Shown one piece after another: positions 25,186 through 39,599 of a stretch of DNA of 64,000 nt. Source of the stretch: Camelus dromedarius (lineage: Eukaryota). Location of the stretch: NCBI RefSeq assembly GCF_036321535.1, contig NC_087436.1:98520001-98584000 (forward strand), in the 5' to 3' direction. A program made the translations under genes and the position numbers. The stretch's first letter is position 1. Each line of letters begins with the position of its first letter. The notes under the pieces are model-generated. The model was not told where the DNA came from, searched no databases, and worked only from the letters and a program-made list of their open reading frames with translations.

Positions 25186-28100
25186 CTTCAATAGCTTTAT
25201 TTTACTCTTAAGACAAAGATGAAAACCCTTAACACAATATCCATTTTGACACCCTCTTTTTGCCTCATAGCCACACTTGATTTCTTTTTCTCCATTGTAG
25301 CATATTCCTTCCCTCTCACAGAGTCTTTGCAGAAGTTATTCCTCAGTAAAATAACTAAATGTGTGATCTAAAATATGAGACATTGGCAAAGTGGCTAGTT
25401 GGTGACCAGAGAAGAAGTTGTAATCATAGGCTGGAAAAAACAATTACCATTTTAGAGTGACATTTAAAATATTTGGTGATACTGGAACCTGTGGTCACTT
25501 GAACAAAGGAGCTTCCAGCTCCAGAAGTAGAGGTTAAAAAACAATGATGATTCTGTTTGCTGAATGCAGTTGGATGTCTTTGTAGTAGGAAAAATATGAG
25601 CTTTGAAATAACTGACTAGTTTGTACACAGCAAAAAAGTATAGAAAATGTTCACAAATTTAAGGATGTGTAGAGTAGAAAGTGAACAAGTTACAAAGTCT
25701 TTGTGACATGCATTACAATATTAACTGCAAAACTTAGACAAATTAGGGAAGATAAATTAATGGAAATACTAATTTGTAACCAAGTAATATAGTTAATGTT
25801 TAATAAATCACTAATATTTTATTTTTATTTTACATAAAGATTCTGAAATTTTCTGTTTGAATGGTGAAACAGAGGTTATAAAAATATTCCATTATTTGAG
25901 GAGTTTAAAATTTTAGGGATACATTTTAAATTAAAACGTTCTTTCCCATATTTTTTATAGAGGGATTCAGTAAGCAGTTAAAGCAAGTAACTAGATCAAT
26001 CTGGTATTTCAGTTAACAGATTTGAAGAATTTTTCATAAAGTGTATCATTTTCTAATTGAGTTATTTTTTGAACTTTGAAGTTTTAGTTTGTTTTATTAA
26101 TATTTTATTGACCTTTCCACTTACTTAAGTATTATTTTTTCTGCAATTTTATAATGTCAGATATCAGCACTATAGGTATATTATTAAATGCAAGTTTAAA
26201 GTTAAATTGACCTTTTAAATAGTAATAGAAAATCAGAAGTCTTTAAATAGATTGAAAACTGAAGTTTTGATTTTGAATTTCCATTAAACATTTAGATGAA
26301 AGTAATTTTGCTGTTGTGTGCAAGACTGTGAATAAAAGCAATAGTAAGAAGGAAAAGCAGTTAGATTATAAGATTTCAAAGGAAAATACTCTATATAATT
26401 ATAAATATTTCTTAAAGTGAAATACAAAGAACAACAAAGGGCTTGAAAAGTCCTAAATATCATCAGAGTTTCCATGTTGGATTTTCATTTTTAAGAAAAG
26501 TATATATTTGTGTTCAATGCTTCTAATTAAAAACACACTGTGCTTTTACATACAGTGAGTGTAGATGAAATGTTGATTCTGTATAAACAGGGGCCTTTGA
26601 AAAATAATGTTATGGGAAGAAATCTGTTTATTGTACTACCACTCCCTTGTTTCTCTTTGCCTTCTGCAAGTTCTTGAACAACTCTCCTTGACCTTGAGAG
26701 ATTTCATTCAGAAATAGATAGGGTAACATCTACCAAAAATGTATATAGAATTATTCAGTAACACATATTTGAACCAACATGGGCATTCTCAAGTGAATTG
26801 ATCAATGTGTGCATTTGAGAAAAATTATTTTCCTACCTACAACTGATTTTTGTAGTTTTCTGGAATTTAGTAATCTTCCAAGAGGCCGTAAGGCCAGAAG
26901 CAGGGAATACTTCCTCCTAACGCAGACAGAAAGCCATGGCTGAGAAGAAAACGTGTCTCATATACGATGATACACTGTGTTTGATGTTAAGAATAGAGAA
27001 GGAGTGGGCATATCTAACCTCTTTGACCAACTACATAACATCAGAAAAACAAAAGCAAAAACAAACCTGTGATTGCTATATCCTGATACATAGACCAAAA
27101 GGTGCAGAGAATATAAATTGAGACTACATCTAACATTTTCAATTAAGTTTATGCTTCTGCACATGGATCTAAAATATAAAATAAGATTGCCTCAGAATCA
27201 TTTTCTACCATTAAGACACTTAACATGCAAATAATTTTAATAAACACATTCACTCATTCAAAAAACAGTAAAATATTATAAGTAAATATTTATAGAGGAT
27301 ATAATACAGGTTATATAAAAATATAAGAAAAAATTATGAATCATGCCCTTAGAAATCTTATTTACAATCTAACATCTTTAAGTGGAAAATCTTCATGATC
27401 TTCAGCAATTTAAAGGATAGAAGCCCCAGCCAATCAGATTAGACTCTGGCTCAATTAGCAAAGACATTGACTGTAGTACCCAGTACAAGCCAAGTGGTAA
27501 GTACCAGTCAGATTGAAGCTCTGCACAAATGTTGAATATGCACATTTAAATAAAAAAAGACTCAAAACTTAGTACCAGATATCTGAGAAATGAACATTCT
27601 AGATAGGTTACTATATTTAGAGTCCAATCTTCAGATCTGTGGGTCCACAAATAATTTACATTTATAATTTTTGTCCAGATAAGGCTCTGACAGTAAAATC
27701 TCAAAATCAAATATATAAAAGTTTGAAATATATACAAGGATGTTGATTTAATTTTTCCAATCAGAGATATCTTTCTTGACCAGACTATTAGTATCTGTAA
27801 ACCAAGACACCTCTGTCCCAGAGATACTAAGATTTCTAAAAAGATCAAAATAGTAAATAATACAAATAATTGAATGAAATGAAAGAAATCAGGGTATAGA
27901 AATAGATTGTGTTTGAGTAACATTACAAAAACTATGGAAATGAGAGTATAAGTAGCCAAAATCTAAAAAGAGTATATCTTTCTAAGAACTAAAATAAGAA
28001 AATCTGTTAAATTCAACGTGACTCAGAACTGCAACAAACAAAATCAATAATGGCAAATGCTAATGTCTGGCTTTTTTTTTTTTTTTCCCTGAATGCTATG

Positions 28101-31100
28101 TATAATACATAAACAAATAGTACTTTAGGAATATTTAAATACCAAAATGTAGTTTAGCGTTAATTTGTTGTGTCACCTTCCAGTGAAATCTTGCTGAGAA
28201 TGTACTCTACTTTTTTTTTAGATACTTGGGAAGTATGTTTGCTTCTAAACATTCCTTTCTTTACAAATAACATTGCAGATATCCAATCTTAGATGTTATT
28301 TTTATTCACATTCTCTAACGGTTACTCTTTCTAAAAGTATTTTTTACTTGTGCAGTCTGGTTTATTTTACCCAGTTACGTACTAACTACATTTATAGATA
28401 CATCAAGTCAGAAATGTTAACAAATTAGACAGGTTTTGGGATAAGGCTTTATTCCCTTGTGTGCCAGAAGTCACTTTCAGACGGTAATGGAAATGAAAGT
28501 GTGCACCTGCAAGCATACCGATTTCTCAGATACCTGCTGCAGAATTCTCATGTTCAGAGGCAGAAACTGAACCTTAAAACTGCCTAAGGATACAGATCCA
28601 ATTTGGCATTGTCAGGATGCCAGCCCATCCATGTCCTCAGACATTAAGTTCACCTTTTATGCCCTTATTTGGTGTAAAATTATGGCTTCTATACTTGGTG
28701 TTGCTCCACTAAGTGCATCATCTGAAAAGCCAACCAGGTCCTGGACTCTCTTTAAAATATACATCGCTACCTACCAGCTCTCCATGTTCTCTCCAGAGCA
28801 CACGTGACCTGTGTAGACTGTTCTTACACATCCTTTGCTCAATTTGTTGAGGTTTTATTGTGTTCTTTTCCTTATTTTTCTAGCCTTTGCTGAGGTGTTT
28901 AGGCTCCCGTTTTCTTTCCTATTACAATCCCCCCCCCCCAGTCTCCCTCTAGACCAGCCTCTCATTAGATCTTTTTCCTCTTTCTACTGTCCACATATAT
29001 TTTTTTAAAGTCCATTTTCAGGAATTTTATTCCACGGGATTTATATAAATTTGAATTTGTAGGTCACTCCCAATACGAAAGTTAAAGTTCTACTGTATCT
29101 TTCTCTGAAGTCCTTTGCAAGAGAAAGCAGATTATTTCATGGTCATTTTTGTATGTGATTTGAAATTTAACAGATTGAAAATTATCTTTTAATCTAATAA
29201 TACACCTGATAGTCTGCTTCCATTGGCAAAACAGAGTAGTCATTGAAAGTCTTCCTCAGAAATTAATGTATTGATTTTTTTGAGTGTCTTGAAAGGTAAA
29301 AGTAGGTAGTTAGATTCTTCAGTATTTTTCCCCCAATACTGCCTCAATTTGGTATCATCACAGGTAAATGACCAAAGTATGAGTCTCAATTTAAGGGATT
29401 CCAATATCTTCACATTATTTATGAAGCTCAGTGCTTTATATGGGAAGCCCAATTAATGTTTTTGATGGTTGAATAAACAAAATTTATTTTCACTTATCCA
29501 CATATTTATCCCTATAAGAATCATGTTAAAACTTGCTGTTTCTCTAGTAAATCAGGTTTTTCCTTCTCATGTGAACTTCCCTTGTGAATTGCTATTTTCC
29601 TTATCATTCTGTTAATTCACCTTTGTGTCTTGATCACTTAATTCCTGCTCTTTGATTCCTTGATCCCAAAATGATTTTCTGTTCCCTTGGTGATTTAGTT
29701 TGTGCTGTAATTGTTTCAAAAGCTCAAAAGAACTCTTCTTTTTATGGGGCTATTATTTCTCTCCTTCATTGTTGTTTGCTAGCCAGGAACTGATTGACTA
29801 GATTTTTTTTTTTTTCCCTGGGGAAGTTTGCATATTTTAACAGCAGTTGAACAGCTGTCTTAGGAAGTAATGTTTCTATATTTCACAGCTTGCAGCCACA
29901 CTATTAATACCATTTTACTTCTCTAATGGAGGTAATTCTTAAACACCACAAATCCTAATTATTTGAACAGCAGTGGGCCTTAATTCATAACTGCTTCTTC
30001 TGAAAACAAAAGAACTTTAGAGCTTGGAATAGAAGGCTTGTGAGGGGCCCTCCCCTTTTATCTGATGATGAGCATCATTTCCGGAACCACTGCTCCCTCA
30101 GAGGTGATAATTACCCCTGTGAGCAGCCTGGGAGCATCCCTGCTGCTCCGTGGTGGTGCAGTCAGCAAACTCGGACTGCCCGGAGTCTCTCCCCTAACCC
30201 CCATGCACAAGTGGTCCTCGATGATCTAATCATTGCTTTCTTTGGGGAGGGGAGATTAAGAGGGTATAAATCATGCTTATCCTTTGAAACTTTCTGTTTT
30301 AAAAGGAAGTATCCCACTGGCACGTGCATTTTCATTTCTCTCCCAGCTACTGTGGTTCTGAAATGGAAGTTATCCAACTGATCTAATTAGTCAAATGGTA
30401 TACTGCCCATGAGTTCTAAAATGTCTGTAAATAGGGAAAAAATACTATTAAATGTGATGTTCACTGGTATAGACATTTTTTCTCTATACATCTCATTTCA
30501 AATAGATTAGTATTGTAGTACTTGATATATATCTCTACTTAGCACTTATTTGACTGTATCTCTGTGAGTGTATGTGTGTGTCTGGTATATTGTATCAATA
30601 AATTGTGAATATCTTAAAGGAAGAGCCATTTTATTATATATTGTAAATGGTAAACTTAATATTAAAAATTACAGAATTATCCTTAGATCCTACCCTATCA
30701 GAATGTAGGAACATACTAGACATTTATATTGAATGAATAAATGAAACATAAAAATACACAAATAGAGTATTACCAACCATGGAAATGCTAATTCTGTCTC
30801 TCTCTCTCTATCTCCCTATCTATCTCTATCTATCTATTATCTCTTCATGTTTAAATGTTATGTGTACGTATATATGTAAATGTATACCTATGTATATAAT
30901 ATAGAAGCATTTGCTGACATTCTAGGGATTTTGATAAATTAAAAAAGTATATATTTCTCTAATCATATATTTACTATATTTTCTGAAGTAAATTGAAAAA
31001 GATAAAGGAAAATGAGAGACATACAGTGATATTCAAATATTATATATTAGCTAAACAAATAGTGAATGAATGGGTGTTGGGTTGGAGGGTCAATATCTTA

Positions 31101-33739
31101 AGGGCTATCAAAGATAACAACATACAATACAGAAACTCCTGACCCCGATTCGGAAAGTGCTCTCTCTGTTTCGGAGTCTGCCACAATTAACTGTGACAAT
31201 GGGAAATTCTTTCATTGTTATTTTCCCTATTTTATTGGGAAGGAAATGTTCTAAATGACTAACCATGGTCTAAGAATTCTGTAAATCCACACAATGTAAG
31301 CAGCAGAGTGAGTATTCCCAGAAGCAGTCCCAAGCTGACTGTCCTTCCTTGTTCAGTGCCCAAACTGATAAAAAGTTATATTTCTGGATCCTTGAGAAGT
31401 CCTTGCTTTCTTTGTTCTCCTAAAACCAAGTGTCACAGCTGCAACACAGCTGCTAATAATTAGCTCCTTGATTCATTACAGACATGGTTTAATAAAAGGA
31501 CTTATAGATGGGGAAAAGAACGTGTTCCACAAGTAGTTAATGATTTGTTGAAGCTCACACTGTGCCCATTATAGCTAATAACATGTCCCTTTAAGAGAAG
31601 TGCGAACACGACGCTCTAGTCAGTGATTATCTGCTAGAAAAGTACAACTGGTCTGACTTTTAAGATTCTTTGTGTAATTTACATCCTCTAATCACATTTT
31701 CATATTTATCTTCCTTGAGACCTGGCATGTGTTTGACTGCCTTTACATAATTTCTCCATCCTGCAGACCTCAAAGAACATCCAGTGTAGGTTTCTGGGAT
31801 ATGCAAAGTCTGAAATCATTAATGCTCTGTACTAGCATGCTTTATCCACTGTTAGTGTATCTTATCACTTGACCATTTCAACATATATTCCTTAAATATG
31901 TTCTTTACAGTTTGTTTTTAGAATATACCCTCTACAATACGCTTTCTTAGAGTAATCTCTTATTATTAAGCGTGTTTCATGTAATGTTTTTGCTTTTTAT
32001 ATTGTATGGTGGTAATTATTCAATCAAAAATGTGACATTTCAAAATCAACAGAGTCAGTGAAGGATAAGGGTGATTATATATATGTATATACTTATATAT
32101 ATATATGATAAGGGCAATTACATATATATTCTAAGTCTTATAATTGAAAGATAATAATAAAAACTAAGGTAAGATTAAGTAATGGATAAATATATCTCCA
32201 GAGAGATGCTACTATTCAAATACAAGCTACATTTTGGCTCGACCAAAGTAACCTGTTTTCTGAGTTTAAACTTTCAAACTAAAAGGAATGAAATGTTTTA
32301 TTTCATAATATAGACTTATTCCCTCACCACACACACACACATACACACACACACTCCAAATTTGCGATCATCCTTTCAGAATGAAAATATCTAAACCTTA
32401 GTTGGAGGACAGCTCAGGTACAATTATATCTGAAGCTTAATACTGTTTTCCTTCTGGAAAACTAAATAAAGATTCTTCATTTGGTTCAAAGTAGCTCTTG
32501 GATGGTTTAATTTCACCAAACAGGAGAGTGAGAGAGGAAAGAAATCAACTGAATTTAAATTTGCCAAATTAAGATTATTTAATATTTTTTTTCAAACAAT
32601 AAACTTCTAGTCAGCTGGGAACAAGTTATCCTTTTATTCAAACAGTCTTACCTGAAACCTACATGGAATTTGTGATGCTTTACTTCCCTGCCTGTTAAGA
32701 AAAAAATAAGTCCTCAACTTGTAATACAACCATAAATACAGTTAGTATTCTTTTTCTCATTTAATCTGTTCCACTCTATTGGCCATGAAAATCTTATAAA
32801 TGTAAAATTAAATGATTTATGTTTCAATAAAAACAGTCCAAAAATGAGATTTTGAGCCCTATTTGATGGTGCACTTTAAATAAAATATTCTAGTAAAAAA
32901 TTCTAAGTATCTTTTCTTTGGATCTGACCATAATAGGAACCGATTCATGATTTAGTTAATTTGTCCAATCTCTTTTTTCTTTGTCATGTAAATATTTAAA
33001 GGTCAACTGAAGCTTAAAACATTTTAGTAGATTCTGAGTGGCTACACAGTATTCTATTTTAAATTCAAATTTAATTCAAAATTTACTGATTAAGTGATAA
33101 ACACTTAGTAGCTAAATAAAAAATACATAGAAAGCATAGAAATGGTTGAAAATGTAATGCCATGGGCTTTTATGGATACAGTTTTGTAACTCTTTGGTAT
33201 TAGTGGCACGATCAAAACTGGAACTACTTTAGGGAAACGCAAACTCACAAATTTACAAAAAACAAAGATAATTTCAAATCATGAGAAAGGCTGTACTTGG
33301 GGTCTCAAAAAGAACTGGAATAAGGACTTGAGTGCCACTGAGTTTTCTTTTCATTTCTCACATCAGGGATTCTCTTCACAAAGTCCTCCATCTACTTCAT
33401 TGAAGTCAGGTTTTCTCAACAGGAAGAAAGTTTGGCTGCAAATAGTTCTTTATTGCTTTTGGCTCTGAAAATAACTTATTTTTAACCATTAATTTTTTAA
33501 AAATAGAAATTGTAAGGAGGACCCAGATTGTCCCCAAAGTGTACCTCTGGTCAACAATAGGGTAAGAGTAAGAAAGTAAGACTCCCTCACTTGAATTAAT
33601 AGTCTGCCCATTGATGAAACATTTGTGGCTGATGGCAGTTTTCATAACGTGACTGGAACAGAGGAGCCTTCAGATTAAGTAACAGACGTATGGTAACTAG
33701 ATTATTGCATTTAAGGTACTTAGGATGATTAGATATGTT

Positions 33740-33905
33740 TCAAAGTGCAGTGAGGTAAAAGCAAAAAATAAAGTGCATTTAGAAGCAGACAAGAGTTCAA
33801 ATAGCAATTCTGTGTATAGTAGCTAGATGACTGAATGATCTTAGGCAAATCACACACCTTCTCAAACCTTTGTCTCTTTGTCTGCAAAGGGGGCAGTAAT
33901 GCCAT
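33740..33905 (+). mobile_element. MIR SINE
   Basis: gaagcagacaagagttcaaat...gatcttaggcaaatcacacaccttctcaaacctttgtctctttgtctgcaaaggggg. Confidence 0.65.
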
Positions 33906-33909
33906 TATA

Positions 33910-35450
33910 AACCTATCGCTAGAAATAGTGATGGTGCATTAAAAAAAACACACCTCAATGATTCAAACCTACAAATCTTAGTTCTCAAACATAATGGGGC
34001 AACCAGGAATTGGTATGAAGTGTGCTCTGCTTAATTTAGTTACTTATAAGCTCAAACTGATAGAACTATGTCAAGTGCTTGTAAGTGTGCCAGAAGGAAA
34101 TGGAGATCTGAAAAGTCTTGATCGAGTAATTAAATGATGTTTTCTGAAATTGACATCCGACATTTTTCTGCACACATCTCATTGAACAGAACGTGTCAGT
34201 TGGTTTCATTCAACTACAAGTGTGCCTGGAAGTATAAATACCACTTATTCCCAGCTTTGGGACTACTATAGGAGCAAAATAACCTCTGATCACCAAACAT
34301 GTGGTTTTGCTTTCACTATGCACACAAAAGGTACTATCCCTCCCTGAGAGAGGTATCACTGAATTGCCATCTGCTCCTCACATCAAGCTTAATGTCTAAG
34401 ATTTATTGTATTACTTTTTGATGGCTATGTCAGGATACTTTTTGTATTAGTACCTTTATCAAAAAGCCCTATGTATTTTTTTTTTGATCCAGGCATCTAT
34501 AAACTAGAGACACATTATACAGTGTATCCAGGGAAATGGAAATTTCAGCAAACATCCTCGTTCAGAAGAAGAAATTGTGGGTTTGTGTATCAACTTTGAA
34601 ATCTACCTGGACAGTTAGGGTGAGGGATCTTCACTCCATTGTTCTCTGGGCCTCTTGGTTCAGTCCTCTGGGTAATCTCTCCTCTCTGTTTTCCTACGAA
34701 GCCTCAGATAAAAGGAGCAGTGAAATCTATAGCTTTTTCAGCCTGCTTCCTGCCCTTAGAAGACTGAGGATCTTGAAAAGTCATATTTCTAGTATTTCTG
34801 GTCTATTCTGATCTTGATCAGCCACCAATATTTTCTGGTCTAAGCCACGATTTCATTGATGGTACAAATCTCTTCAAAACAGTCTTTTCATCAATTCAGT
34901 ACTGTCAGCAACATGTGCCAGTAGCTTCACCCATGTTTATTTTTGATATGTATTTCTTAAATTTGTGACAAATCTTTGCTTTTTTGACTCTGCTTACTCT
35001 CCTCTCCTAATAGCTAGTATCTTAAATATATTTGGTTTCTTTAGAAATACGTGTTTTCACTCTACTTTTTCTGAGTCCTTATGTCCCGTAGAGAGAACTG
35101 AGTCTTTGATCTAAGACACCTAAATCGAATCAGAGCTTTTGAGAATGAATGTGACAGCTGTGTCCTGACTTGATTCTTGCTGCAAGAGTGAGTCTAATTG
35201 GCCTTTATTGCTCAAAGGTCTTCTCAGTTCGATTTTTTTTTTTCCCCTGACTTCATAAGAGAAGCAGTTACTTCTTCCAAATTTGCAAGAAGAACTCTGG
35301 ATTTCTGGACTCTTTCACTCTGTTTTTATTGTTTCATTCCTTCCTCTTTGTTATAGGACAGTTCTTGTAGAAAGTAACTTGACCAGTGTAGCCAACCATA
35401 ACTAATACAATCAGGTAACTTTTTGTTCAGCTTCTTCCCCTGGACCTATA
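33910..35450 (-). mobile_element. Probable old MLT1 LTR plus MaLR internal sequence
   Basis: ttctgcacacatctcattgaacagaacgtgtcag...caactacaag...ctggaagtata resembles an old MLT1 LTR. The downstream part resembles MLT1-int only loosely, and the boundaries are approximate. Confidence 0.4.
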
Positions 35451-38400
35451 AGCTTACTTGGTAGTGGAAAGTCAGCCATTCTTAATATCCCCTCTCACTC
35501 TTTAGATCAATCACAGGCACCACGTGGTTCTACTTATCTTTCGGCTGCCGCTAGCTCATGTCTACTGCCCGCGATGGCAATGTGTGAGATTTACATGGGC
35601 AACATCTTAATGTTGTGAATGCTCATACACACACAAAATCATGTCTAATAGAGGCTATAAGTAGGCATAATAAAAATCTATGTTTCCCATAAGCTGTCCT
35701 CTCTCTTTCTTTATCTTGCCATCTTCACTAAAGAGAGGGAGAGAAGGATATACATATGCTCCTTTTTATATATGTTGAGGGCAGAGGAGAATAGTATGAA
35801 AATCTAAGAGCTGTGTTTCACACCTATTTAATATTTAATTTAAAAGCAATGAGAATTCTAATAAAGATATAATTACACAAGAGAAAATAAAGGCCACAGC
35901 TTTATTTCAAGATATGATTTAGTTCTGCCCTTCGCATAAGAACAGACTAGAGTATTTTGATAACTAAAATTTTCTTTGGCTACTGGTCCAGGAAATTTCT
36001 CTTTATAGAATTTCTTCTTTGACGAACATTTCTTCTGGCATTCAGTTCTAGTCTGAAGGTCAATTATGCCTCTTGTGTTATTCTCAGCCACATGAGCTGC
36101 TGGTGAAAATCTAATCATGTTTTATACTCTGTCAAAGCCTGTGGATATTTTAAAGTAACTGCTCAATATCACAAAAAAAAAAAAAAAAAAAAAGGGAAAG
36201 TTTGACTATCTTGAAATTTATCCAACTTCCTTCTTTTTCCCCTCTATGACAGTGCCAAATAACACACTATCATAATAGAAACATTAAACAATAATTAATA
36301 CAAACTTGATACAAATTTTAATCACCCTAAATTCCATGATAGAGAGAACCATGATGTAATTTTGGGGTATCTTTCCAGCATGATCCCTATTAGTATTATT
36401 ATTGCAGAAATGGGATTGAACTCTAGAATTAGTTTCTATCTTTTGATTCCATTAACAGCAAACCATAAACACAGTCCTCCATACTCATTCCCAGTTAACC
36501 TCTGATCCTCTACCTGTAGTGGCAATCTCTGTTCTGATTTCTACCACATAGAGAAATATTCTGCACCAGTAGCCAATAAAATATCTTAGCCTTCAAATAT
36601 CCAGTTCATTTTTATTCTTGGGGCAAGGTAAGGTTTTCATTTCCACTTGTGTAATTAAAACCTTACTAACATTTGAGTCAGGTAGTTGGTGAGCATTCTT
36701 TGGTGACAGGTACACAGGATAGTAAATGAACTGACATAAACACTTTTGTTGATATTTCTGAAATGTCTACAATGCTATATGCAACAAATATCACAATCAC
36801 AAATATTAGGCCAACGAGTCACAAATAGTTTTAACCTACACTATAAACAAACTTGTTCTAAATAAAAATATGATCCATGTAGAATGTCACTGGTTATAAT
36901 TATTTTATAGAATATTTAATAGTTTACAATAATTCAATTCACTAACAAAATCACACTTTCTTTCAAATTTCTATCAAATCGTGCATACTAGGATCCTATT
37001 ACATACTTAACCTATCAAAAGCAGGGATTTTTATATATTTAACATGGAAGAACAGGTGATGGTTAGGACATTCTTTTGCCTAGCCATATTTATTTCACAT
37101 GTAAAATTTAACTTTTCTTTACCTAGAATTGGGTGTATAAGTGCAATGAATCAGATCTCAGGGAACATGTCATTCCTCATCACAAAGAAATTTCATGATT
37201 TTAGGTCAGTAATTCCATTCCCTCTGAATATCATGCATCATATGTGTAAAGATGAGAGATGGACCACACTTTTCTAATGTCTTTCCCAACTTTACAAGCA
37301 TTGTGTACATCTTTGATCTACCAATTCCAGAGCACCTTATTTTTAAAGAAATTCTTTGAGGACAAGCTACAGCTTTCAATTTATCAAAAGATTTTTACCA
37401 GGCTAGATATATGGTTAGATAGATCTTAATACATGTTTACATACCTATTTGGTGAGGACTGCTTATTGATCTAATGATCTATTCATTGGTCTAATGGTCT
37501 ACTGAAATGTTAATTTGATGATGATTAATTTCTTTCCTATACTGTGAGGAAACATTTCAGTGTGATAAATCATCAGCAGATTAATCCAGGTATTATGTAT
37601 AACTCATAGACATTTAGAAGGATATTAGTATAAATTAATGTCCATTTTTAGATGATAATTTAAATTCAATTAATCACATTCATGTATAACCCAGTGTCAC
37701 AAATTTACTATTTTAATAATTTTTTCTATTATTTTATTTATACGAATCACTGTATCATGTTTTAGTAAATGTAGAGAATATATAAGGTAATTTTTATCTC
37801 TTCAAATAGTATTTCTTTCATAAATTGACATAAAATCAATAAACTTTATCAAAAGGCGAAGTACCATCTTATGCTTCTTGAAATGACTTTATGGTCTTGT
37901 CTCCCCTTAGCAAAGTAGCATACTGGGATATTGGGATAAGGACACTCACACCCTGTGCTTTAGGGCATATCCTATGTATTGGATCTGAGGTAAGGCATCA
38001 GGGAGATATTGACACCAAAATCAGCCCATTTAAAGAGTTTGTCTGAGTCAAAAAAATAATCCATGTAAGAGGCAGCTGAAAGCTACTGTGTAACTAATGC
38101 TTCTAAATATCAAGAACTGCAGACAATTAGAAAAAGGAGCCTAGAGAAATCCTCTGAGCCGGGAGTATGAACACTGACTTTTACGAGGCTCGTCTTGTGG
38201 CACCCCACATGTTCAAAAACAAAGAATTTAAAGGCAGGTAGCTGGGCTCTTGATTTATCAACTGATTTTTGGCATTTACTGTTAATTTTCCTCTCATGGT
38301 TTAATTGTCCTCTCATCATTTAATCTATAACAAAATTGGCTAGCATCAGTTTCTCTAATTTACAGTACCTCAGCCTTTCTAGTGGTTGTACAAACACCCG

Positions 38401-38581
38401 ATTCTGGGAACTCAATAATTTCTAGCTTAAATACATAGAATGTCTTCTTTCTGACTGGGATAAACATCGGATAGTGGATGATGGGGGCAGAACTTAGAAC
38501 CCAAATCTAATCTCAATTACACCAAATAGGGCAAATCCAGGAACTAAGATGCAGCATCCTTGACTTTAAGTCCAATGATCT

Positions 38582-38720
38582 AGAGGGGAGGGTATAGCTG
38601 AAATGGTAGAGTATGTGCTTAGCACGGAAGAGGTCCTGTGTTCAATCCCCAGTACCTCCTCTAAAAATAAATCTAATTCCCACCACCCCACCAAAATAAA
38701 ATAATTAAATAATACAACAA
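38582..38720 (+). mobile_element. tRNA-derived SINE (camelid Vic-1-like) inserted in a MIR fragment
   Basis: GGGGAGGGTATAGCTGAAATGGTAGAG (A box) and GTGTTCAATCCCC (B box). 15-bp TSD taagtccaatgatct (38567-38581) / taagtccagtgatct (38721-38735). Confidence 0.9.
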
Positions 38721-39599
38721 TAAGTCCAGTGATCTTTCTACTGGACTACATTACCATATACAAAATTGACAGGCTTTTGTACACAATTTCTTATAGAGAT
38801 GGTCATGTCCATGCAAAAATTTAAGGGCTTTACATCGTTAGTATTTTGTGGGGGTGTAGTTCAAGGATTTAAAGTACGGCTGCCTAGTTCTTCAAAGTAA
38901 ACATTGAGCTACTTGTCTGTCTTTCAATATAATACTGATTTAAAAAAATTACTTTAGTATATCCTCCACATTTAAGTTTTTTTTTTTCAAATGCTCACAG
39001 ATGTCATTTATCACTTTTAACTGTGTTTGTCAACCAGCTTCCCTTAGGAGAGCAGCAGAACAGTTGAAAGTGAGAGATAGCAGCTTCAGGCGTGGATGCC
39101 TTTCATTAATCTGGACTGTTGCCTCCGGCCAGGGTGCATATCCTCTCTGCCCTCTCTATTGCCATCAATCATTTTCTCTCTGGAAGTCTCACCTGACCCC
39201 CCCACTTCCTGCTCCTCTCTTATTATATCTTTTGTCTTCTTTTTCTCAACTTAAAGACTCCAGAGCACAGATCAGTTGAGAATGGAATAATTTTCAATGT
39301 GGCCAAAAAAAAAAAGAAAGTTTTCAGTAGATAAAAATATTGATAAATATTCAACATCCTAGGCACTTTGAGATTTTGTTCAGTCAGTAATCATACAGTT
39401 TCCACATTTGACATCAGCCATATATGGACAGGGATCCAGAGCTGTTTGTGGAATACAGTGTGAACCAAGACAAAGTATATCAGGTATTTCCCAAAATGCA
39501 CACTCATTCCACATGAAACATCTTTGCTAATTTGTTGATTTCTGCCATAGACTTATTAAATGCTAATAGGCAGTATATATTTATCGTAAAATTTTTAAA

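Noticed and set aside
27546..27959. 137-aa hydrophobic ORF
   Set aside because: Non-ATG start, composition expected from a T-rich strand, and no homology that I recognise.
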